This document shows positions 51,804 to 63,910 of a DNA stretch of 64,000 nt, one piece after another. The first letter of the stretch is position 1. The number at the start of each line of letters is the position of its first letter. The position numbers were made by a program, and so were the translations under genes. The notes below the pieces were generated by a model, which was not told where the DNA came from, ran no database searches, and worked only from the letters and a program-made list of their open reading frames with translations. This stretch comes from Anthoceros angustus (Eukaryota > Plantae > Anthocerotophyta). Location: assembly GCA_010909165.1 (NCBI GenBank), contig MU008169.1:124001-188000 (forward strand), written 5' to 3'.

Positions 51804-52697
51804 TCATGCAGTCTGGATGAATACATGGTGACGTGAAATGGCATCCGCATGGATCTGGCTGCCATTAAACCACTGAACGGCCATGGGAGCTGTGCAGGTA
51901 TCTTTCACGACTCCTCAATGCTCCTGTCGAGTCCCTTTTCTAAACCCTTGTTTGGACTGTATCATGCATGCTGCTCTGAGGTTGTGCAATCTGTTGATGC
52001 TCGAGCGCATGTTGGCCTGCAGGTAGCCGACGGTATATGACCTTTCGGTGGCATGTGGCACAGCTTATTGATTTAGTTACAGATGTAAGTTGCAGCCATG
52101 ATTACATTAGTGACGAAAAAACTTTTGGTTCCTGTAACAACCTTGCTGAACTGTGGGATCATATTTACTTTGTTGAATACTCCTCATCGTCTCATATTAC
52201 AGATAGAGGAAAGATTTTTGTTTGCTGTAAAGTTGTACAGGTTTCTTCGGTCTGCTTGGTGGCCTTATCCAGCATGGAGGACTGATGAATACGTCTTGTT
52301 GATGTGGTGTTTGCCACTTTCGGCGTTTCCTTGGCAGATTGTTGGTGGCTATGACTATGGACGCAAGGTCTTGGGGATAAGTCATCGAGTTTCCGCATGC
52401 TGGGTGTGTTATTTCGGGGCTCGTTCGAAAGGAATTTGTGGGACGTCTCAAGAGTTCTCTCGTTATGCTCGTGAGTTTCTTTTTGATGTCAACAATCAGC
52501 TGCTTAGGATCGTCCTGTCTAATCGAACTTGCCATGGCTCATGTGCCGCTCGTCCCCACCAATCCTACCGCACCATCCTCATACCAGTGTGATGCAAGAG
52601 AGATGATGCGAGAAATGCTGCATCGTTTAGGTGGTCAATTCCACAATATCCATCTTTGCATTATCCAGTTAGGATTCAGATTTGCTGGAGGTGGCGC

Positions 52698-54441
52698 TCA
52701 AATAGACACCTCCATGATCAGCACGGTCCCTAATAAGACGAGCAGACCAACAGAAGCACCTATGTCAACTGCTGTCATGTGAAACTCTCTAAAGGTGTAT
52801 ACTTCATGATCAGCGGCAACTCCTTTGTATCCTCGTGCAACCATTGCCTGCCAAATAACGGTGCACTTCAGTAAGCCACGTGGTTACCAACTCTTGCGCT
52901 CAAATAAAGTCCTGTTGGACGAGCACTACAAACCTCTGAAATCTGTTCAACATGGATGAAGAGATTCTTAAACAATCGCCCACACACTGTGAACAGACCT
53001 GCCACAAGCGATGTATCAGTAATACTCGATGTCAAGCCAAAGACCTGAACTGTAAAGGCCCCGGCAACTCACCATCTACTGTATCCATCGCTTTCATGCT
53101 GTGTGACTGCATTCCTCGAGAAACCAAAGCTAACGCAACATTCTGAACCTGCAAAAATTGTACTATTCTTCAACCACTGGAAAGCTTGCAAGTACAGGCT
53201 GCACCTCCGAGGAAGAAAATCGTGTGAACTCAAATCGCAAGCTCACTGAAAACAACTTACCTCATCAAAAACCAGACCAACAAATCTCAAGGAAAGCAGA
53301 AGTGTGAAAATAACTTCATCCACGGGGACCCGTATCTTGGATAAAGGTTTCATATACCACCGCAGCGCGGCAGCCAATTGTTCGGGTGTGGTTGTCGTAA
53401 GACAAAGAGTGGCACTCTGCAACACCTGGTCCAAAGCCAACACGGCGGTCATCCTTCGTGGACTTGTGATAGCGCGAGTAAAAGCACAACAACCGTGCAA
53501 CGCCACTTACAGTGAAGGACAAGAAGGCAGCTGAAGAAGCAAGTGATAGACCTCTCCGTGTCAGCTGTACAGGACCGATCTTCAGGAGAAGGTAAGAATA
53601 TCCAGAGAGAGCCCGGGGCAGATTAGGTATAGCCTCCATGGCAGGTGGTAAACGTCGAGCCTGGACAGATGCGGGTGCACCCTCGGTCCCCAGCATCACC
53701 ATAACCATAACCAGGCTCGACAACAGAAGCATGCGCCTCAGCTGATCCTGCACGATTCAGCGAAACATACAAGCCGTCAAAACTCAGAATCCCGTTGCCC
53801 GACCCCCAGCAGGAAGTGAGCTTGGAAACAGCAAACCAAATCAAAGCAGAACCGCATAGCCTGCCAGAACATCATTGACCTGCGAGCGGCCATACTTGCC
53901 ACATCTGCCGAGGGAGCGCCCACATAGTAGCAAGTACGAGGAACCCAACAAGGCTCGACCGCACGATCAAGCTGGAGCTTGAAGGAAGCAAGACGAGAGC
54001 GAACAACCACGCCTGCAGTAATTGCAATCACATGCTGTCACGAATCCAAGTCGCAACCTTCCCGAGACCTACGTAACGAAGTCCTGCTCATCCGCAACAC
54101 ACCTGTTTCACGCGGGCGTCCAGCAGATGCAGGGCAGTGATAGGGGAAGACACGTACTGCGCAACCGGCGCAGCATTGGCCCCCAAAACCATGGCTGCGA
54201 TGCGCTCTCCAATGGACGCTCGCTCGTCCTCAACCCGCAGCCATTTCTTCACGCTGCCAAGGACTGCAACCGCCGAGGTGCGCTGTCGTGCTCGGCGGTG
54301 CGATCCGCGCGAGGCGGCTGGGGACGGACATCCGACTCCCAAACGAGAGGCTCCATGCAAGGGCAGATGCACAAGACGAGCAGAGCGGCGAAGGGCGTAG
54401 GCATGGGAACAGGCAAGCGCTCCGGGACTCGCTCCGATCAT
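52698..54441 (-). CDS. ABCI12: ABCI12-like plastid ECF transporter T component (CbiQ/EcfT family), 6 exons; alternative in-frame ATG at 54504
   Basis: APVAQYVSSPITALHLLDARVKQ|AWLFALVLLP, LSGYSYLLLKIGPVQLTRRGLS, QSATLCLTTTTPEQLAAALRW..LLLSLRFVGLVFDEV, AMVARGYKG (EcfT ARG motif); S/A/R-rich transit-like N-terminus. Confidence 0.88.
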
Positions 54442-54546
54442 GGCGACCTGGTTCCTTCCATCCCCCCACGCCGCATGTTTGCACAGCAGAAATGTGGACA
54501 CCATAGATGGAACCTGATAATACTCACGGCCCTGCCGGGATGAAGT

Positions 54547-55604
54547 TCAAAATGGGCTCATCTGAGCAATCTTGACCCGAGAAGTGACGGTAACCTCATC
54601 CAAAGTGTGCAAGGCGTCTAGCATGTGCATTCGCAGGGAAGCAGGCCCCGATGCCTTTTCGTTGCCAGCCTCCCCGGCCAGCCCGAAAAACGCCAGCGCG
54701 AATGCCACCGCCTCCAGGGCCTGCCCGGGATGCACCGCCACGAAGGCGGCGATGAGGGACGTAACCGCGCACCCCGTGGCCGTGATGCGCTGCATCAGCT
54801 GCACGCCGTTGCTCACTCCCAGCACCCGCTTCCCGTCCGTCACCAGATCCACGGCTCCTGTCACCGCCACGATGGACTGCGAGAGCCGGGCCAGCTCCTT
54901 GGCCGCGTCCATGGCGTCCAGGGATCCGCGCGTGCTGTCCACGCCCTGCGGGAGAGGGAGCAAGAAGCATAGGAGCGTGAGCCTGGATCGGAGTGGACTG
55001 GATTGGAGTGGACTGAATCGGGAAGCGGATGGAGATGGAGATGCCGAGAAGGAGTTACCTTGGACGTGCTGATGGAGGATCCGACGAGCGCCATGATCTC
55101 CGAGGCGTTGCCGCGGATGACTGTAGGCTTGAGGCGGATGAGCTCCACGCACTTGTCAGTGCGGAACTGCGTAGCCCCGACGCCGACGGGATCCAGCACC
55201 CAGGGCTTGCGCATCTCGTTGGCGCGCGTGGCCGCCACCTTCATGGAGAAGATCCAGTCGGGGCTCAGCGTGCCGATGTTGATGCACAGCGCGCTGGTGA
55301 GCGCCGTAAACTCCTGGATCTCCTCCAGCGCGTGCACCATGGCTGGACTGGCGCCTGCAGCTAGCAGCGTGTTGGCCATGATGTCCATGCTCACGTAGTT
55401 GGTGATGCATTGCACCAGCGGGACCTGGAAGGGAAGGGACAAGCAACATCGTCAGTCAATCCGCGCTTCAGAGAATCGAGTATCCGATGCAATGCTAGAC
55501 AGTCTTCGTCTTCACCGCACCTTCTCCCGCACGCGAAGCACTGCCTTCCATGTCTCCACGCCCCAGTCGGTCTGCGCCCCGCGAAACTCACGAAAGCTCG
55601 CCAT
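54547..55604 (-). CDS. THIM: Hydroxyethylthiazole kinase (thiazole salvage); exons 55604-55521, 55424-55059, 54945-54547
   Basis: PLVQCITNYVSMDIMANTLLAAGASPAM, INIGTL, PWVLDPVGVGAT, IRGNASEIMAL, KGVDS, ITATGCAVT, GPASLRMHMLDAL. Confidence 0.95.
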
Positions 55605-55796
55605 GCCATTGCCTTCGTCGCCCTCTCATGGCTTATGCGCCAAACTCCTGTGGAGAAATTTTAGGTTTCGCTTTCTCAGCTTGACAGCCTGCCTTCGCAC
55701 ACGGAATCCATCCGCCTTGGATCTGTCGCCAGCATCCACCAAATACCACCACGGTGGATTTGCAACACATGTGACTTCCCGGCGTGCGTATGAGCG

Positions 55797-58700
55797 ATGG
55801 CGGCGATCGCCAAGCATCAGCTGGCGCAGAGCATTACCTGCCATGCCTGGAATGCCGATCTCACACGTGAGTGCTGCAATTCGATCCCTTGATGCGGGTT
55901 TCTGGTTATTATGTCAGGTGACAGAGAAACCCAAGACTGGAAGGAGGGAATATTTTTCGGAGCTCGGATCTGGTCCTGCTAGTGTCAGGATCTGGCAGCT
56001 GTATCGTTGGCAGACTGTGTTTCAGCGGCATTGTAGTCATTTGTTGCGCCTGTGCTGGTCCTGGTGGATGGGCGTCAGAGGCTGAGGAACTTGACAAACC
56101 GCGGATTTGCTGGAATTTTGCTGCCCACCTGAAACTGGAACTGGTCCTCTATGCCTGTAGCTGTTGTTCAACATTGGATTTGAAACTGTCCACTGCTTAA
56201 ACTGCACCATGTGCTGGGAATTGAGTGGCCCATGATACGGCTTGTCAAGTGGGGTCTTCTCAAATCTTGTTGGTAGTCAGTGCATGATACAGGCTTTTTT
56301 TCTCGCAGTTGTTGCCGTGTGTCCAAACACAGCTGAAGTCCATATCTACAGAGCGTCACCTTCTGCAAATTCCGTGTGGGAACGACTGTACGTCCTTAGT
56401 AAGGTTTGTTAAATGCTTGAAGTTTGTCCTTGCATCAGTTCGTGGGGTAGACTGCTTAGGGCTTGCTTGTATGGCAGCCAAGCTGACCATGATGCCGTCG
56501 CTTCTTTGAATGGCAGCATGATCAACTTGTTTCTGGCATCGACTGGGCTCCTGTTTCCAACTTCATTGTGACCTCATCACATGATCGAAATTCGTAGGTG
56601 TTTTTTCCTGTCTGCTTTTCTATGAACTGCAGCGGATATTCACGCATTCATGTGCCAAGTAGAAATTTCGGAGGAAGGCTGCAATTTCTGGGTTTATCTC
56701 CAACTCTCTCAGCATGATACTTCTGCAGATATGTGTGGAGTCTTGATGGAAATACTTGGCAGCCAACTCTCGTCATCTTACGTCTTAATCGGGCAGCTAC
56801 TTCTGTCAAGTGGAGTCCAAAAGGTTAATCATAGCCCTGCCTCTGTTGAATGAGAATTCGTTGCCTACTATCTGTGCTAGTAGCTGCCGTCTATTGAACT
56901 GTGGCTTTCCTGAGGTATCCAAGTTGGTCTTTTAAGTGTTTGACAAAAATGTTTAAGCAGAAAACAAGTTTGCTGTTGGAAGCTCAGCGAAAAGCGTCTG
57001 TGTGTGCTATTATGAACAAGATAACAACTGGTATGATCTTCATCTCCGTTGTGCTCTTCCTTCTTTCTTCGCTGAAAGTTCAGCCTCTTATCATTTTGGT
57101 CTGCACATCTCTGTGTGCTGAGATTGCCAGGTGGGTGAGTAAGCTGATAAGAAAAAAACATAGCTCAACCGTTACGAGTGTAGCATGGCATCCAAACAAT
57201 GTAAGGTTGCCTCTTTGTTATTTCAGAGTTGCTGCACGATTACCTCTTGCTTATTTCAGAGTTGCCGCACGTAAATGACCAGCTTGTAGGGCTAGATGAA
57301 AACCCATCCAGTGGTGGTGGCAAAGTATCGTGATGAGCTAGGTATCATAGAATCTTTCTGCAGATCTCATGACTCGACGGGTTGCAGTTACCTCATCACA
57401 GTTCGGCTTGCAGGTTATTTTAGCCACAACGTCAACAGACTGCAAATGCCGGGTTTTCGCTGCCTACATCAAAGGAGTAGATGCAAGGTTTGCAGTGGCC
57501 TAACTTGAGAACCTGAGTGCATGTGCAACTCTTCTAGATCGTCTAGGTGCCATGTGAGCCTAGTGCAAGTTTGGGTCTGATTATGAATGCTGATTGTATG
57601 CAGAAGCGATGCAAACACCCCCTTTGGAGAACTAAAATTTGGAGAGGTTTGTGCAGATTCTGCTCAACATCATGTGAGCTGGCCGACCCCCATAACAAGG
57701 TCTTATTTTTCTCTTTGTTTGGCAGCAACTAGTGCAGCTGGATCTTGCTCTGGGATGGGCTTTTGGGGTGAAGTGGTCTCCTAGTGGCACGAACTTGGCC
57801 TACGTGGGTAAGTCTTGAACTCGATTATCACCTTCGGAGATGAAGCTGGTTTGCACTCTCTTGAGCTGGCAAGGGACACTTACCGTGATCTTGAGGTTAG
57901 GTCATGATTCATCGATTCATATCTTGACCAACGTTGGACCTTCGGCAACTGCACAGTCCACGAGCTTGCGATATCTTCCTATACGTGATGTAGGTCAGCT
58001 TTTTCAAGTTTTCAACGTTGTGCAGTAGGAAGTAGTTGTCTCTTGGTATTTCTAATGGCTTACTTGACTCAGTCGCTGCTAGATGGCCTTGAACATGCTT
58101 TTGATTTCAGGGTTTGGTCTTCTGGAGATATTAGGTACTGTTTCTCTCAGAGACGGTGCTCGTGGCTGGAGGCTACGATTGCAACCCCATGCTCTTCCTA
58201 GTTGATGAACATGGTATATGGTTAGTATTTGGCTGCTGAAAACAAAGTCACATAGTAGTGATGTTATGGGAACCAGTATCCTGAAGTGCTGGAAGCATTC
58301 TGCAGGAAATTTGAGAGGTTTCTTGATGAGCCAAAATCACTGAAGCCTGAAGTCAAGCGTGGCAGTCAGGTGATCTACTGTTCTCGGTACCGAGCTTCTG
58401 AATCATGAGCTGTGCGCGTCCAATACAGATTTTGCTGACTTGTCTTATTTGTTTTATGTGTCTCAAAGTTTTCAGCCACGCTCGTCAAATTCCATGGTCT
58501 AGCAAAGAGGGGTGAAGGCCTTGAGGGTAGCGATTCGGGAGGCCTTGAGACATCGCATCAGAATTGCATTACGTATGTCCCTCCCCTGCAGATAGTTCTT
58601 CAGCGCTAAGTCATTCTACAGAGTAGCCATCATGCAGGTAAACTTTCTGATGGAGGTGAATTTTCTGATGCAGGACGATATGGCCTCTGATGTTACCTGG

Positions 58701-58918
58701 AGAGAGCACGGTCACTCGCTTCAGTACTTCAGGTGCGTCTCATGTGGTGTACCAGTGATTGTAACATTTGACGGATGGATGTTTGGAATGATATGTAACT
58801 TCCTCGACCATCTCTAATAGGGCTGGATGGGAGAGTGGTGATTTGGGAGGTGGGCAGCATTTCTGATTCTTTACAGAGACTCGCTTTAAATCGAGGAGAA
58901 TCAAGTGCGGTAGTGTAG
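55797..58918 (+). CDS. ARPC1: Arp2/3 complex subunit 1 (WD40), multi-exon
   Basis: [79 protein letters not shown]. Confidence 0.94.
57210..57271. repeat. Intronic 33 bp-period direct repeat in ARPC1
   Basis: CCTCTTTGTTATTTCAGAGTTGCTGCACG / CCTCTTGCTTATTTCAGAGTTGCCGCACG. Confidence 0.75.
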
Positions 58919-59392
58919 AAATTTACGGAGAGTTATTTGACATCGGATACAGACAGCTGGATGCTTCCGAGTAGATTTTCCGGGTGACCTGGAATGTAAC
59001 ATACAGCATGTACCAGAGAACAAAGAGCCATTGGTTTTCGAGTCCCCGGACGGTTGGGAAGCTTCCAGAAGAACAGCGATAGTTCACCTGACTACCAATA
59101 TACCGACACCCACCTTACTATATATCCGCAGCATACAAGAGGACAAAACCTCTTGAAAGATGCACTTTGCCATCCTTATGCAGCATATTTATCATATTAG
59201 ATTTGTAGGTTTTAAAACTATATAATTTAATATTTAAATTATTAATTATTTGACAATGTCATTTCATTCACCTTATTGATTTCCACCTATTTGGGTGACC
59301 AAGTTATTAAAGGGTGTTATGATATATATCTTAATACTCAATAATACCAATGGTTGAAGAAAGCATTCTGGGACATTTGTGTGCCTCCTACA

Positions 59393-62300
59393 GGGCTAGG
59401 CCTAAATATTGGTTCGCCAGGGTACGACCTGGCGAACCGACATGCCATGCCATGAGCATGGTCTTCCTCTCCCCGCCTCTCTCTCAACCCCAACCGACCA
59501 TCGGGCGGGGAACTAATTCAAGTTCGTCATCCTAAATACCGCGGCGATACTCGCACGACACAAAGTCCAACTCGTTAAGACGCACAGCTGTGCATGCGCT
59601 GGGACGACCGAGGCAAGCGAGAGGAGGATCACCAAGACGATGAGAGGACGATCACCAAGACGAGTTTTTGATTAATTGCGATTGGTCAAAACATCCGAGG
59701 GAGACATTCGCACCTACATCGCACCTACACCTACGCTAGTTTTCTTTGTCTGATAACTTCCAAGTCACTCTCTTCTTCTTTTTCTTCGGTGGTGAGAAGA
59801 ATGGCTTAGTCCTGACGATGTTGTTGTCTCCCTCGTTGGTGGTGAATGCTTGAAGAGGCTGCCGTACTGCAAGCATTTCCTGCTCATATGCAATCAAACG
59901 CTGGACATCCATGAGTGTACGTTTCACCAAAAGTGCTGCATCCCCCACGACTTCCTTATTCTTGTGCATCAAATTCACAATAGCATTGCAATCTTGTTCC
60001 AGGAAGCGAATCTGATCTTCTGTTCCGCTTTCGTTACATAAAACACCCTCCACAACGGGTTGCAGGTTGCACGAAATGCTTTCCATCACCTGTTCTCTAT
60101 TATCACATAAAGCAAGAGTCGCTAGTTCCTAAATTACAATTACCATTCGTTGTATAATCGACGCTTCATCCGGAGTGTGTATGAGAGCACTCCAAGCATA
60201 TCCTGCACTTTCACGATGTGTTTACAACAAAGCCTTTCCTCCCTTGAGCACACTCACATGTAGCCCACATGGAATCAGATTCTCAATTGTATATGTCACA
60301 TGGGCATCTGTTGAACTCCTGCATAAAGCGTGGTACAAGGTGGGAAGGCAAAGTAACATTATCATCTCAATCGAGTTGCCCCATCTATTGCAAGCAGTGC
60401 ACCGCTTTCTCCCGTTAACCACATACCCTCCTTCTTTGCAATGGTTCACATACCAATAATGGGACGCAATTACGAAGCACAATTGATGTAACAACCCACT
60501 GTCGCCCCGCCAAAGAAGAGATGCCCTCGTAAGACTAAGTTTCGCTTAAAATGCCATGCCTCTATAGCAGAGGCATGCCTGCATGTGGAAGCATGCGGCA
60601 TTTTTATGAACATGCCCGCAATCAAACAGCCTTGTGAAGATGTGTATGTGCACAAGCTTGAAAAGGGAGAATACGAGGTCGGAGATATGGACTAACCTAG
60701 TTGTGCACCCTGTGTTGTTCGAAATAGCCCTAACGCGGTTGCCGCTTTCTCCCACTTGGCATAGAAGGAAAATAGCAACCGCTCACCCTCCCGAATTGTA
60801 TCTCGAATTGATGTCTGGAGCCCTTCACGTACATCAGTTCACCTAATTCCCGCCATATGGCTTCCTTGTCTACCTGCTTTGGACTTTCTTAATAAGATTA
60901 CGAGCCAAGCACGACGCACATGCCAGAGGCAAAGTAGAACAGAACACTGTAATTGTAAACCTTCGAATTGCAGCAATCTCAGCTGCACAATCATCAACCA
61001 ATATTGCGGAGGGCAACCAAGTTGCATCCTTACTTAACAAAACCTCATGAAAAGATGTCAACCACCTGGCTATGGTGTCACTTGTATCGTCCTTTGCCAA
61101 AACCCACGCTACCGGAATACCATTCATGTGAAGGTCGAAAGCCATAATTGTGAAGAGCTGGTACTTGTACTGGTTTACACCAAACGTGGAATCAATCTCG
61201 AGTACATTATTCTTACCATGTGTCAAAGCAGTCGAAGCATGAGCAGTGCATCCCCAAAAAAGCATGATCGGTGGACTTGTGAAACACAAATGCAAGATTG
61301 AGCCGCATCCATATACCCACACTAATATTGTCATCGATGATGTTTCCACACCACCTTGCAAGTCGTCGATATGCACGTGTCAAGAAATCATCTCTAACTG
61401 GACATACGTGACTCATGCTCCAAGCTTGTTGAAAGCCCACAACATTTCGCCCGCACCTGCCCCTGGTGTCGTCTAAGAATCTCGACATAAACATTACAAT
61501 AAACCATGTTTCACCCATGCCTTCTTGTCAGCACTCAAGTGAGGAGCCCTGACATCTCTTGGCATGCCTACGTACTCTGGGCCATGACACACTCTTCCAG
61601 AAACATCCACGTGCATAGTTTCGTATAATGTTACTTGAGCAATTACTGGCCATCTTCGTAACTGTGCAATGGCAAACAAAGCTTGACAGACGTGTTTGAT
61701 GCTTTCACCGTTAGCAATCCGAGACCGTCTACGCTTCTTCTCACCCTCCACGATGGTGCAAAGGTGGAGGCATGGGAACATTCCGCAAGTCCGTGGCCCA
61801 TATCCATACCAATAATCGCAAGCAAAACATCAAGATGAAATCTTTCAATGATACCAACAAGCGAGAAAGTAATTGAATCCTTAGGGTCTATACATACCGT
61901 GTTGTGACAATGGCTGCATCTAGCTTCAGACAACTTACTGCTGAAGTATTGCTGGCCGGCCCTCTACGAGATGCCTTGTAATAAGTTGTAGGAGCATGTG
62001 GCAATGAGTTCATGCCCTCTATGAAATCCTGCACACTGGTCCAAGGGATGTAAGCTAGTCGTTGTTTGTCTTGGCAGACAAGATGGATGCTTGTATGAGG
62101 ATTGCTACCATTCCAAGTCATTGAAAGAAAATTTCCCTCCACCGGCCTCTAAAGCGCAAAGGACAATGCGTTGCAACCTCATCCATCACTGGAGCACAAT
62201 CGATTATCGTGCATCCTCCACCGGTCTTTCAACTCTTCTGTGCCTGCTTTGAGGCGCTCTCTCGCTCGTTCTCAATGAAGCGAGCGAAGGCGGCGATGTC

Positions 62301-62469
62301 GCCGCGGGGTGCCACGACAATCGTGGCGACGGAACTTGAATTAGTTTCCGTTGCCGGTGCTTCGATTGCGGGTTGGCACGGATAAGAGAGAGAGGAGAGG
62401 AAGGCCATGCTCATGGCATGGCATGTGGATTCGCCGGTACCTTGGCGAACCGATATTTAGGCCTAGCCC
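59393..62469 (-). mobile_element. Mutator-like (MULE) DNA transposon with ~80 bp TIRs, probable TSD and a decayed MULE+SWIM transposase
   Basis: Left TIR GGGCTAGGCCTAAATATTGGTTCGCCAGGGTAC..CATGCCATGCCATGAGCATGG matches the reverse complement at ~62390-62469; flanks TCCTACA/TCCTGCA; internal IDSTFGVNQYKYQLFTIMAFD..GIPVAW..ILVDDCAAEIAAI and a SWIM-like CEC..CKH; many stops. Confidence 0.88.
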
Positions 62470-63428
62470 TCCTGCAAGCCCTTCCCCAATGTGGGCACCC
62501 TGGTATTTGGAGAAGGGGAAACAGCTCCATATGCAGATTAGAAGACACCAAGCTAATGCTTATGTACCAATAGAGTTTTAAACAGCGTCTGTTTAGAAAG
62601 AGGTTTCTCCTGAAACCCCTTTTTGCACACGGATGTGGCCGGACCCCTTTTTGCACTTGAAAAAATCCGCACTATAATCAGCCTTTTTGGTATTTCTCTG
62701 CGGACATGTCACCCGCAACCTTTTGAATAATTGTTTTGATACACGTTATTTGAGATTGTAGATTGCAAGTACGTGGCAAAACCTAAAGTCCCATTCTCGT
62801 TCGGCTTTTTCTTTCAAACACGTAATTCAACAAACTTATGCGCGCACTTACATCTAAATAGCTTCCAACATCCGCAATCATTGCGTGTTGGACGATACAA
62901 ACGCTTAGAGTTTTTAGGGCTTGTTAGACTCGTGCGCAAACTTGTTTGCGCACCAACCTTTCATTCATACCACCAATCCTAAGACTATACTCGCCCGAGA
63001 ATTTTACAGACTTTGTTTCTTAGACATTGGGACAATAATATCTTCGTTGACCTGATATTCTTGATCCACATGCGAGAATGAGAGTGGCATGGTCTCGCAC
63101 TTGAGCCGGGCCCACGCCAAACGCCTCAAGATTCAAAAGATGCAAAAGGTTCTCACTACTAGTTCAAAGTTTTAACCACTAGAAAAAGATGAGGGTTAAG
63201 TAAAGATAAGAACATATCCACATTAGAGAGGTGCACAAAAAGGTTGAAAACGCCGAAAGGAACCCTTTAAAACAACAAAATATCAAAACAAATACAAAAT
63301 AATTCAAAAATTGTCAAAAATTTTAGGGCAAGTGCGACTTGCCTCAAAAACTGGACTTTTTGTGATTTTTAGGGTTTTAAGGGTTTTTAGACTTTTGCTC
63401 TTTTTCTTTGGATGAACTGTCTGAATGA

Positions 63429-63910
63429 CTAGGAGGCATGAACCATATGGGTTCATGCTCCTAGGCCCTTCTTGACCTTGGGTGCGTGCACCGGGCCTCC
63501 TGCCCCTGTGCGCGCACTTATGCGCCTAGGCCCTTCTTGACCTTGGGTGCGTGCACCGGGCCTCCTGCCCCTTGCCCTCCGGTACATGCACTTGTTCACC
63601 CACCGGGCCCCCTAGCATGTTTGATGATAACCCGGATTAGGTCATCACGAAAGAGACTAAACACCGTAAAGGATAAAAGGGATAGGGTGTTCTTCGTCGC
63701 ATTAGGGCATAGGATAGATATATGAGAGCGGTCTAGGTGAACCTCCGCCGATGTCTACTACTTGTTATTTTGTTGGGAGTTCCAAGACATCCTCGGACCT
63801 CCAAAAGGACATGTTTCCCCATTAGAAGATTATTTTTCGCGTTCTTTTTGCGGTCGTGCACAAGTTTGCGATAGCGTTGTTTAGACGCGCACTTATGCGC
63901 GCCTAGGCCC
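63429..63910. repeat. Hairpin (63429-63464) followed by a ~65 bp tandem repeat, with a partial copy at 63887-63910
   Basis: CTAGGAGGCATGAACC-ATATG-GGTTCATGCTCCTAG; CCTAGGCCCTTCTTGACCTTGGGTGCGTGCACCGGGCCTCCTGCCCCT at 63460 and 63525. Confidence 0.8.

Noticed and set aside
54505-54530. GAACCTGATAATAC resembles part of a TPP riboswitch beside THIM
   Set aside because: It is antisense to THIM and lacks the P5 stem, the CTGAGA motif and the P1/P2 pairing. No convincing TPP aptamer was seen on either strand.
54022-55398. Several + strand ORFs of 110-175 aa over THIM/ABCI12
   Set aside because: Antisense shadows of high-GC coding exons.
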